This document shows positions 24,234 through 36,100 of a DNA stretch of 64,000 nt, piece after piece (within the stretch, counting starts at the first letter, position 1; each line of letters begins with the position of its first letter). The notes under the pieces are model-generated. The model saw only the letters and a program-made list of their open reading frames with translations. It had not been told where the DNA came from and searched no databases. Both the position numbers and the translations under genes were made by a program. The DNA comes from Phoronis australis (taxonomy: Eukaryota > Animalia > Phoronida), in the NCBI GenBank assembly GCA_002633005.1, contig NMRA01000542.1, positions 62,001-126,000 of the forward strand, read 5' to 3'.

Positions 24234-24967
24234 CTTGAGCATTCCACTGTAGCAATGTTAAAAAATAGAAATTAGTCCGGGATGGAACTGAACAGTTCAA
24301 GCGACAAAATTATGACGCTACTGTTGCCGCTGTGCCACGACAGGAGGAACTGTGCAGCTAGTGATGGTGTTCATCGTTTTACAGAGTTGACGCCGGCTTG
24401 AAACGGTGCACTTTTACAGAGACGGTGAACTTAGGCATGAAGTGTACCACTTGCTCTGAGTTCGTCTTTACACGGTTTCCCTATATTATGCTTCTAAACT
24501 TTCAGTCTTCAAGTAAACCATACGGAGGGAATGTAATCTGAATGGATTGGACTTTCTTTGTGAAAACCCGCAGGAGACAACCCAACCATCAATTCTAAAT
24601 GCTAACGTACAGGTTAAAAGTTCTGGGTGTCTGCCATAGGCTTGCTTGAAAAAAACAACATGCTGATCAAATTAAAGAGCATTTTCATATATTTTGATAT
24701 GGATGCATTGTCAAAACAACAAAACATTGTGTTACTAGGGTATTTATGACGACGATGGTTGTGCATGTTCTGCTTTGCCACTTAAACTAGCATTTTGAAC
24801 AGAGACACATTTTCAAAATACCTGATATAAACGTTCGTTCCCGATTTTGACAAAAAGGTTATTTTCACATTTATTCAAACAGTTTTTTTATTGTAAATGT
24901 AACATCAGTTACTGTCACCACATAAATGTGCGTGTCATTTTTATCAGTCACATAAAAGTAAAGCAGT

Positions 24968-24974
24968 CGTCCCT

Positions 24975-25035
<61 letters not shown>

Positions 25036-25041
25036 AGAGAC
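24968..25041 (-). tRNA. tRNA-Asn-GTT: tRNA-Asn(GTT), intact
   Basis: Identical 74 nt; downstream TTTT. Confidence 0.98.
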
Positions 25042-26034
25042 CTGAGTACAACAAGTAAGCACTGAGCTGAGAATTTAGGATTCCTGCATTTTTCGAGAGT
25101 TGACACTTGAAACGGGACACTTCTATAGAGACTGCATGTGGTTCCTATAAAATGACCATTTGTACGCACCTTTTCCGTACTGGGTAATTCTATTTTACGC
25201 CTAGTAAGCACAGTACAGATTTCCACCGCTTTTGGACTTTTCTTACTGGTCCCCAAAACAAAATCTTTTGCATGGACAGTAATCAGAGAAAAACCCTTTT
25301 TATGGGATTTTGCCGTGAATAGCCCACCTGAGCAGCACAAACGTCTTCGACTTTGAGTGCCGCTGAGAGACGGCAATCCAGCGATCACCCTACCATTCAT
25401 TCTATCAGTTTCATTTGTATATTAAAGTTCTTTGACGCATACCTTATATGACAAAACTTAAAATTAATAAAGAGCAAAATAGTTTATTCACATGTTGTTA
25501 GACGGATGAAAAGGCTGTTGTAGACCTACAGGCATTCATGGGATGGTTTGTTTCACTGTTGTGTGTGGCGCATGTCAATGGTGCATACTTTCGACATTTT
25601 ACCGACAAGTCGGTCTTACAAGTCAACCCGGGTCACTTTTCTAATTAGGTATTTTAAAAACGGATGACACACACTTATTCTCGGTTAGTAGGTTAATTGT
25701 TAAGCTTGTTCAAACTCACGGTCCTCACACCTCGACTTTTCATATACGACTTGGACTTCGTACATGACAATGGGAGTGCGCAGACTGTGGTCCAGTAGTT
25801 AACTGATTTTCCTGGGTCGACCAACACATCGCATTATGCTCTATTTCCGTGGATTTCAATTACATTAAGAGTTTAATCGGAACGCGTGTCTACGCTCTCC
25901 AAATTAAATAGTTGTGTTCTGCAGTCGATTACAATGTCCTGCGGAATATTTTAGCAGAGCTTGAAATGAAATTTCGGTTACATGCGACGAAAATGTGCGT
26001 GCCATTTTGCCAGTCACGAAAAAGTGTAACAAGC

Positions 26035-26096
26035 CATGGGTGGGCTTGAACCACCAACCTTTCGATTAACGGGCTAGCTGATTGCGCCGCAGAGAC
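26035..26096 (-). pseudogene. tRNA-Asn degenerate copy B5 with internal deletions
   Basis: 62 nt; deletions in the acceptor 3' strand and the 5' side of the anticodon arm. Confidence 0.88.
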
Positions 26097-27358
26097 CTTG
26101 ATCATTCACTGTATGCATGTTTCATTCTATTTGTTTCTTACATATATTAAAGTTCTTTGACGCCTACCTTATTTGAGAAAACTTAAAAGAAGTAAAGAGT
26201 GAGACAACTTACTCACATATTGTGAGATGGATGGAACCTGTTATAGACCTATTCATGGACTGGCTTGTTTCACGGTGTTTGTGGCGCCACTATAAATTTA
26301 AATATATCTCATTTCTGCGTAAGTACGTCTTTGTCTGTATATTAAAACGCTAAAATGAGGTCCGTGTGCTGGCTTCAAATCAATACAACGGAAAAGCAGC
26401 GGCGCGGACACCCGACGCCTGCTTCCCCTTCGTTCCCGTGACGCCAAAGCGCCGCAAAACCCCGGCGTGTTCTGTTTTTTGTCTTACCATGTCGTGGCTT
26501 CAGTCCGTTGATCGTGATTCGGCGAACGCGCTTCTTTCTTGAAGCGAAGTACTTTTGGGTTGTATTCTTCCGCTGCCTGTGTTTATCATTTATGGCCAGT
26601 AGGTTTCGTGCTCGATCAATATTCGGCGGCGAGAGAAAACGGTGAGAAAATATGTAAACGATAAATATTTTTCCAAAATTGAAATGAAGGGCAGCCTCGG
26701 CATTTTACCGCGCACCTGTTCGCTGACGCGTGCGAGTACTCCGTTTGCTGCGTTCGCGACCATTCTCATTCTGCGAAACCACTGGGCTGCGCTAGATCCT
26801 CGCTTATTTTTCCCGTTAAAAGTATTTTTATATCAGAGGTAAATGGCTAAGATATAAGATATTCCAGTCCCCAGTACTTTGTGCAGTGCACAGATATTTT
26901 GTCCATTTTTTGCAAAAAGCGAATCGAGGTCCATGCAATATTACGCTAGTGTTTTCCTGACTTTGTCTTCCTACTAGCCCACTGAGTCAACTGTTCTGTT
27001 CGAAAGTTTCGTGTTTCCCGTTTTAATCATTCGTTTTTGGCGTTGGTTACGCAAAAATTCTGGTGTGAAATGTGTCCTGCTGTGGAATATTAGGGTCATA
27101 ATTAAATAGTAGACGATCCCCGCATTTTTGCATTTTGGGTTCAAGTTCAAGTGTAAACAAATGTTCCGGGTGTCTTGCAAGTGTTTACGGTGTTTACCAT
27201 GGTCAACTTTTGCCTCATGTTGGACTAGTACAGAGTAATATCCCACTGGTCACTTTCTTTTTAAGGTTAAAAATTTTCAAGTTATCAAATAAGTTCGATG
27301 ACATCTAGAATTGCATTCATGTCGTCATGTATGATACCTTCATGTTGTTGTGTGACAT

Positions 27359-27530
27359 ATGCTACTTAGTTATTGTTCTCCACAAAAGCAGTATCTCGTA
27401 GACCGCCGACCAACGTCGGACCAACGTCAAAAAACCGACCGCGACCAATCGACCTCGAGCCAACGAATGGCGACGTCGGCCCAACGTAGTGATGCTATCT
27501 GGGATGCTACTTAGTTATTGTTCTCCACAA
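27359..27530. repeat. 27-bp direct repeat bracketing a 118-bp MITE-end fragment
   Basis: atgctacttagttattgttctccacaa at 27359-27385 and 27504-27530; insert has repeated ccaacg and ends tgctatctggg. Confidence 0.8.
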
Positions 27531-27825
27531 GTGAAAATCCAAACCTCTCGGAAAGATGTAAGTGGACTCGACTTGGTGGTCGTTCTTTGTTATGGGCAAA
27601 CATAAAGCCCGTATGTTGCACTGAGGTTGCCCAAATGTGACGGAAGTACCGGCAAATTGGCCCTGATTTCAGTAACGCTAAAAGGCAAGACCTCGCGAGA
27701 TTACGTGAGGCGTTGCAGTGTATTTTAAATGAGAACGCGTGATTTTGGCTAGATTTTAGCGAGGTCCAAGCGTTACTGAGCTCCACCCTTTTGAAGCGAC
27801 AGGTTAAAACTGGTTGTGGAGAACA
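27519..27825. mobile_element. Possible ~300-bp MITE with 12-bp TIRs
   Basis: tgttctccacaa ... ttgtggagaaca; TSD not clear. Confidence 0.45.
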
Positions 27826-27984
27826 TTGATGTGTCAAAATGGCTACCAATTGTACTTGATCGCTGTTTTTGTTTTCTGTTCTCTTTTACAAGTGCCGGTT
27901 ACTACAAAAAAGCAATTCAAGATTGGAAATATTTTTGTATATAATTGTTTAAAAATCTCGACTACAGGTTCAAAACTTTATCTT

Positions 27985-28330
27985 CATAATAGAAAAAGAG
28001 GGACAATAATTTTATTGCGCGCACTTAGTCTGCCAGTCCGAAGGACATTGAATTTTTGGCCTATGAACACTACTCCTCTATAGAACCCGATCGAACATCA
28101 TTTGAAGATCTGCGTACATTACAAGGTCAAGCAGTGGATGCCTTAAAAGAGGCGTGTATTAGATTCCATTTGCTGGAAGACAACACAGCGTGAGACATGT
28201 GTTTCGCAGAAGCTGCCGTGTTTTAGATTCCAAGGTCACAGCGCTCACTCTTTGCCACAGTTTGCTCCCACAGCATTCGACTCTACGCTCTACTATGATG
28301 GGAATAGCACCAAGATAATTTGATTGAGTA
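27985..28330 (+). mobile_element. Decayed Helitron RepHel coding fragment (region between Rep and PIF1 helicase)
   Basis: From 28095: TSFEDLRTLQGQAVDALKEACIRFHLLEDNTA*DMCFAEAAVF*IPRSQRSLFATV...*WE*HQDNLIE, matching the recalled Helitron pattern TSFEDLRTVNG...TFKEAC..LGLLEDD.EW..CL.EAA....P..LR.LFA.I; upstream IART*SASPKDIE resembles IGRMY.VSP.D.E. Several stops and frameshifts. Confidence 0.88.
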
Positions 28331-30115
28331 CTTTGCTCTCTATAGGTAAAAACGTGAAACGTTCATTCATGAATATATTTGCACATGTGAATTTGAGGTA
28401 TGGTAATAAAGACACATTGCGTGAATGTACTTCGTGGTATTATCACCAGGATCACAGTGTACGGCGAAATATAAAAATGGATATTCAACAAAAAGGAAAT
28501 GCGATAAACAAATTGGGTGACAATAATAAATAATATTTAAAAAACATTAATGACAGCACCGCTTTATGTGACATTTTTGTTTCCTTACTCAAGCATGTAT
28601 CACCAGACGAGGACAACTTTCCATGTCTAGCGGAAACACTAGGAAAGCTGATTCCTGTACACTCAGGCTGAGTAAGCCAGTAAGCATCTTATAATTCTAA
28701 CTTCATGTTGGACTCCTGTTTATGATAGTTTCTTATGATATACATACGAACTTAGATATTATTTCGATGAATAAATATAACATGTGTTAGGTAGGTACTT
28801 GGCATGAAAAACTTCTCTATTTACTTTTAACAATATTGAGAAATCAACTAACAGTTAAATCTCGGTATGTGCTTAAGCTGAAAAGTGACTTAGGAATTAA
28901 GATAAATCAGCATTGCACAGTTCAGTCAGGGCCTGCACAAGTCCACAACTGCAGTGAAAAGTCAAAGAGCAATGTTGTCCCTATTTCAATTGCGACTGAC
29001 TACGGATCAGAAGCCTGACTTCAGATTCCACTCCAGGAGTACTCCATTGTTTTTTATTGTTGTTGTTTTTTGTTGCTTTTTATTTAGTTTCCATCCGCCA
29101 AGCTCGTTACTGAAAACATGACGTACTAATATAAATTATACAACCCAGGTGTAGCCAGTGCCAGGAGAGATAGATGGCAGCACAGATAGTGGCCCGTAGG
29201 ACCGAGTGTTTCAATCCATGTGGAGAAGTTTACACCAGTCCAGCTTAAACCTAGAGGTTCTAGGGTTTACTATTTCAAACTGCACAGCGACTACTAGTAC
29301 TTCGTGAGTTGTGTGGTAGGGATTTTGCATTAGCACAGTCCGCATAAATCATTTCGATTACATAAGTATTTGAGAATACAATGGTAATGGGATGGTTGGT
29401 GGATCCAAGGTCCCTCGAGTCCGAGGCATTGTTTTCGCTGTACAAATCAAATTCACGTCTCAGAGAGGTAGATTAACCTTCACCGGCCCGCCGTAGGAAC
29501 TTGGGCCCCTACGAAAACAACAACAAATGATGGCACTAACCGTTCTTAGGGCTTACGTGACAAATTCTTTCTTTACATACTTGTAAATCCGCTTGTGTAA
29601 GACCCTTGAACATCCTCTCTATGGCGAAAAATATGAACAGTGTATTGATGTGAATAAGTTGCAACAAGGCTCAGTAGTTAGGCTTCCAAACTACAACATC
29701 TTCTTTTCGAAACACTGCAACATCGCCAGATTTTTCAAGCGATGCACCTCATATCATTAGTGAAACACACATGCATACATGTAGTGCTGAATGTACCGTA
29801 CTGAAAGGGCTAATGTAGGTCTGATGTAATTCACAGCCAGTCTGACCCGGTTGCACTGTAGTACCAAATATAGATGCCATTAAATTTAAGGCAGGTGGAT
29901 ACATTTTTTTTGACTTTTTACATATCTCAGCCTACAGTTTAATCATGGTATATGCCAGAGCTAAACAATCGATGCAAGTCCACAAATGAAGTGCTATGAG
30001 AATTAAAATGTCTATCTCATCATTGTAATTATACGTTTGCATGACCAACTCCAATACGGTAATTGCATATAAAATCGCCGTACTCCAGCCGCAAGGTTAT
30101 TGGCGAACTCTCTGG

Positions 30116-30181
30116 CATGGGCGGCGCACCATAGGGGGCTGGGGGCTATAGCCCACTTTTTTCAGTGCTGTGCCGCCCATG
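30116..30181. repeat. 66-bp mini inverted-repeat element
   Basis: catgggcggc ... gccgcccatg enclosing a gggggct duplication; GC-rich spot in AT-rich context; no clear TSD. Confidence 0.55.
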
Positions 30182-33100
30182 TGCGGGACTGTGGTTTTTA
30201 AGCCAAAGAATTTTGCAAATACTCAAGATAACGCAAGTCTTCCCGTCGAGATAGCCTATACCGCAAGCGAAGCACGCGGTGACATTTACTTTTTAGTCGC
30301 GATTCTCCTGGGTCTACAGATCGCAGCCCTCCTGCTGATACATGCGGGTTATATGTAAATTCTAAAGAGTGGTAGCTTTTCACTAAAAAGTTATCAGGGA
30401 TATGTGCCCATCGAATATAGAAAAAAGAACAGACTGGCCAATTCGAATCCCTCTTATTCGGCTGTCCTAATAAACGAAATCAAAATCTAATCACCCCCTA
30501 AAACGGCTTAGAAATTTTCGTTATCAAATACAGCTTTAACATTTAATATTTTGTAGAGGCTGCGAGAAAGTAATTGCGCGAGCACATTCCGATCTCATTA
30601 GTGCGAATGCCTTAGTCAAAAAAGCACTGAAGTTGGTTCTGATATGCGTCCGACTCACGAAGGTGCGAAAAAACAGAGAAAAGGCGCACACCGGCATGCC
30701 CTTTTCTCATGTCTCAGAAACGATTATCAGTCCTATATAGTATCGGAGACAAAGTGTGAGCTGCAGCGACACNCCCCCCCCCCCCCCATAAATAAAATAA
30801 TGTTTTTGAAATGGCGATGGTGTATCCCACATCATTTTCAAAACAACCACAGACCAGACCCTGACGGAGTCTAATCTTTGATTGTGACCCAGATTCACAC
30901 TCAAAACGCGGATAAATACAAAGAAATTCAAATGGCTGGGTAATCCGGGACGGCCCTATATTACCCTACTCCACACAACATAAGCGGCAAGGCACCAGAC
31001 ACAAGAGACTACTAGCAGTGCGAAATCTTGGCTTATGGAACGTAAATAACGATTTTACATTACACTATATCTCGTTTAGTTCCACGTATTACAGGGGTTT
31101 CCATAAATCCAGATACCAGTCTAGCCCATAATTGTTAACTGTTTCCACATTGTTTGTCCCGTATCACGACTCTCACCCCAACCACAAGCACCCTCGCGAT
31201 CAAAAAGCTGTGGTCCTCATTTATGTGACACCATAAGTGTTTGTCCGTTAGGAGCGCAGTGGCCTCACAGTTTCAATGGTATATGGGGGTCCACATATTT
31301 CTTCAAAAGTGTGGAAACAATCCTTCTTATCTGTTCTGTATCGATATCTTCTTGATATCTTTTCTGTCCGAATCAACGTCATTGCTCGGTCGTGATCTAG
31401 TAAATGTAATCAATAGGCCCGTCCCGGATTACACGGCGATAGAACTCTCCTTTGTCCCGGAGATAAGAATGTGCGTGACCTAGTTTTAGAAATCAGGCAC
31501 ATTCGCGTGTCTCTCATTGATGTCGGGAAGGCGACGAATTTCATATCACGCATTCACGGGTATTTGTCCTGTTCATCAAAGTTTCTCACGTCGGAGATAC
31601 AGCGCACAGCACCGCAGTAACGACTTCGTTGGCATTGAAAGGACGAAAAGAGTAATGCAACCGAGAAAAAAAAACAAGTAAAGAATCAGACAACAACAAA
31701 TAACATGTGAAACTAAGGTGGCACGAAAACGAGTCGCCAAATGTGCCTGACTGATGTTTACGGAATTGTGGGTAACTACAGCGAGGTTCGAGAGTCGCTG
31801 TGTAATCCAGGACGTCTCTATTTAAATAGATATTTATCACTTTCCAGAAGTCGAATCAAACCTATTCATTTCAAACTAATCATTTTCCATAAATCGATCG
31901 GGATGAATTATGGTTATGTGAGATATCATTCACAAGTATGTGTATTAAATCAAATATCAACAAACCTATAGATCTTAATTAGGTAAAAGTATACATACCA
32001 ATCTGTCATTGATTGGGTCACGTGACCATGTTGTACATTCATAACAAAGCAATGCTGTTATCGTTCTTAAATTATCATTTCGTTTTTCTGTTATGCAACT
32101 CTGTCTGTTTTCTCAAGGAGTCCGTTCAAGTCCTATTTTTGAATACCCCATATGCAAAAGTGAAACATTTTAAAAACAACTCATCACATTTGGAGAACAG
32201 TGTTGAATGTGAAAGTTCCATTTGAACGTGAGCAGTCCTTTCTGAAACAGGATACAATTATTGGACATGTTTGTAGGGTCCTGCGTAACCTTGACGGTCA
32301 TCTGATTGACACTTGAACGGCGCATGTGGGGTTCTCTTTGTTTCTACCATGGGAACAAATTACTTTTCTTCAGATATTTATTATCATTGTTAAACAAATA
32401 CAAAAACAAACAAACATAAAGTAAACAGCAATTAATTTTTTAGCATTATAGTACTCATAAGTATATGTAACAAACTTGTGAATATTAGGTATAATATTTT
32501 TGTGACATTACAAATTACTTGATTAATGATATAGGACCTTTTATATTCCATATTGATTTTATCAGAAAGAAGGCGATTGGCAGTCAGAATTGGCGATTTG
32601 TAGTAAAATCGTAAAAACACAACATATTTGATACTTTCGTAACTCTTGTCAAACCTAATAAGTTTAAAAGGTCTATCCTATCCAACTATAATCCTAAAAA
32701 CCGCGTTTGTCGGATGAAAAGCCTACAATGTCCCTTTGAATTTCAGGCTCCGAATGAAATCACTTAAGAACGTACAACTTATAGTGCAATATGGGTTTTT
32801 AAACTTTTAAAAAAGTTTACTCAGTGTTAAGTATTAAACGTCTTTTCAGTGGCGGATTCTCTGTACCAACTTGTACCGGACAGGACGCACTGAAGAGCGG
32901 GTTCTTCCGGCCTATACTAAGTTTTTGATTTGATTTCCTATCTGGATTAAGATCTCTCTGAATTCATTTGCAATAAAGAACTCTAACACGGAGGAGACGT
33001 TTTCAATCGCATCAGTTTAAAGAAACGATTCAGGCTGAGAAGCCCACTGATTTGAAACCCTCTTAAGCTACATATTTTGAAGAATATGAGAATTCACACA

Positions 33101-36100
33101 CAAATATGCTATGGGTGACTATTTCACATGAGCTCCTTTTAACCTGATTAATTGTATAGTGTTGTTCGTGCTGACTCTACAACGGTTGTTTACTCTTTTA
33201 AAAAATTCCTCATCGTCACATCCCGGGATAAAAAATGAAGTGATGGCCGAGAAATTACCTAAATTGACTTTGATTGTTGCGAAATAAAATACGAAACAGG
33301 GTAACAATTGCGAAAATTGCCCTTAGGTTGATTTACACACAGTTATTTGAATTACTAATTGACATTAGTTGTAAGTATATGTGTTAGAGTTGGATCAAGT
33401 CTACATTGAGGTGGTCTACTCAGCGCATGTCCAAAACGCGCCACCGCTTTTTAAGCCGTGAGTCTTGAGACATGATTAATTAAAACATCATCGGCGCATT
33501 ACCAGAATGTCAAATGTGATATAGATTAGTAGACATTAATGTACATTTAATGAAATCAACTCGCCTGTCGACGTGAATAAATCCCCATAACAGCTTTCCC
33601 AAGGTTGCTTATTAGTACTTTTCCACCATTTTTACGTGACGTTGGGGCAGACGACGACAGGACAACGTTTAGAGAGGACACCGCGTGTTGCCGGCACAGG
33701 AAACATTTTATCCGTTTATTGAGATTGGTGAATCGAAGTAATTGTCAGTTGTTGTCACCGAAGGTTGTCAGTTGCAGTTTCGTTCGTGACGGACTTTTGC
33801 TGTTTGCATTTGTACTCGCCGTGCTAACATGAACAAATAACCAGGGGAGTGTTGTTCACCGTCGTGGCATGAACCCGGGCCACAACGGATTTCGGCGTGT
33901 CTTTTAAACCTTAGCCTAACAGTAGATATTGAATCATGTTCACTTGGATATCTAATTCATACCCTTTTTGGAACGCGTCTGAAAACACCTGGCAATCCAT
34001 CCTTTCCACATCGGCAAGCGACCAACGCTGTATACGTCGCTGTTAATGGAATCTTGTCTGGTTTTGTAGCTCTGCAGAGGTACAGGGGTGCAACGGCAGA
34101 GTGAAAAAATCCAATTTATTTTCTTTTTCAAAACGAAACTTAAGTTAAAGTGCTTAAAGCCACTATTTACCTTGGTTTGGCAAGTGACGTCATTAAACCT
34201 TGCTGTATAGCACAGCATATAACAACCGTGAATGTATTTAGCGCATTTCTGCCTTGTCCACCAACACGCGAGTTTCTTGTACAATTTTATACCATGTCCG
34301 CGCTTCTACGATGTACCGTGGAAAAGTGAAAAGGGACACAGCGTGGTCAAATAGAAAGTTGTCACTACCACTACACACGAGACACTTCGCAGGTAAATCA
34401 CGGGAAAATCAGCAACAATATCGTAACTCGACATCAGTCATTTAACATATCGTCAGTGTAGTGATTGGGGTGTTCTAATTTGACACGTGATCGATTGGTG
34501 GGGTTGTTTTATGGTGTTTTTGATACGAAATTAATGATTTCAAGCATTTTAAAAACCTGATGATACAGAACAGTCTTCCTCCCTGACGAACCTTGTGAAC
34601 GTTCTCAGTGACTGCATTCTTTTCTCACAAACAAAATAACTTTTTCATGAGAAACATTCTTGTTTCTTTTATCATGAACCACATCATAATGCCCTACACT
34701 GAGAAGCGTAGAGTTCTGTGCAAACGACAGAACACCAATAAACGTGTATCACGGGTTGATTAACGAAGATGAAATAGAAGTCAACATGTCGGACGAATCG
34801 GGCAGTGTCACTGGGCACATTTTTACTGATATGTAACCGTTTCAAGGAATCGGCCATCAGTAGAGACTTTTTAAACAGAAAGCCTCCATAGAGATCTTTC
34901 GGAAATAAGTGGAGTTACGTGTTTTTTTGGAAACTTGTAGTGCCCCCCCGCACTCCTGTCATTCAGCCAACGTGGTTGTAGTATAATTGTTAGTTTAAAA
35001 GCAATGTTTTATTCTTGACAGCTTGGCTTCTATAATAAATGGCTTCTATAATAAATGACTTCTATAATAAGTAGCTTGCATAATAAAAGACTGGCGACGC
35101 TGCAGTTGAAGAGGGGTCAATTTTAACGGTCTTCTTAAAAATGACAAAAATTTGACAAAATGTCACATTTCCATACATACTAAACATGCAAAACGATCCC
35201 GAAAGATCTCCTTCTATGGGGGCTTTTCGGAAACTTAATTTCTGAAAAAGATCACGGCGTAGTTGGTCGACCAACTCTGCCTTCTGGGGCAGGGCTGGTG
35301 ACTCTCATGGGGGTTTCTCTTCTGACTCCTTTTGATCCCGCTTTTCTCTAGCTTGCAATGAACGCCATTTCAATCCTAATACATTTCAATTTACTTGACC
35401 ACATGATAAAAATCGTCAGTTGGCAGACATGTTGTACTTTACTGCAAAGGTCACAATTTTTGGTCACGTGACCCACAATTTCGATATTTAGAACAAAAAA
35501 GAAAGGAAGGTATTTGCAATGCATTTAAAATCAATCTGTTATTGCCGGGTACCTTATTTTATCGACCAAATAAAATACAAGTTTTTAAATTATTTCAATT
35601 AAAGCCTTTATAGACAATACCAAGTTGCTACTATCACGAATCACCCAATGATCGGTTCACCAGCTATCAAGCAGGGATCCGAGGGATAAACGCTAACTTC
35701 ATGAATAATCTGAAAATTTGTGTAGGCCTACCCAAACAACTCTCAGCCTTCACGTACTAGTGACATCTATGTATTATCAAGTGCTGACATCACTGATCAC
35801 TCCTGGAATGGGCTGACCAGCGAAGCCGAGATTCGTGGGTTAAAATCTAATTTCGAAAGTAAACTGAAAGTCTATGGGATCAAACAACAATGCAAGATTC
35901 ACATACTAGTCGCATAGAATTATCAAGAGCTGTTTAAACCATGTGAGTAATATGCATCTTGTTGTCATAGCGCAATGAAAAAATCGACTTGCTTACTCTG
36001 TCTAGTTCTCCCACATGCGATAGCACACGTGTTACGCATGCTCAACACGAAACCGTGGAATCTTTTTCGTTCTCAAGTTTTCCATACCTTCGCATACGTG

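Larger units (their letters stand above)
15645..26290 (-). repeat. Tandem array of ~1.6-1.85 kb units (about five plus fragments), each carrying an A-position and a B-position tRNA-Asn-derived copy
   Basis: Spacer motifs such as gagagttgacacttgaaac, cggatgacacac, ggaactgtgcagctaagaa and aaaacattgtgttactagggta recur in the same order; A copies start at 16067, 17901, 21407, 23374, 24968. Confidence 0.92.

Noticed and set aside
17804-25400. Repeated ORFs containing SSLGGLEPPTFRLTAERANRLRHRD (17804, 21310, 22340, 24847) and the 150-aa ORF at 24948-25400 as a protein family
   Set aside because: They are translations of the tRNA-Asn genes or their antisense plus array spacer.
3851-26096. Functional link between MTFMT and the adjacent tRNA cluster
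   Set aside because: MTFMT acts on mitochondrial Met-tRNA; these are cytosolic tRNA-Asn genes. Nothing beyond proximity supports a link.
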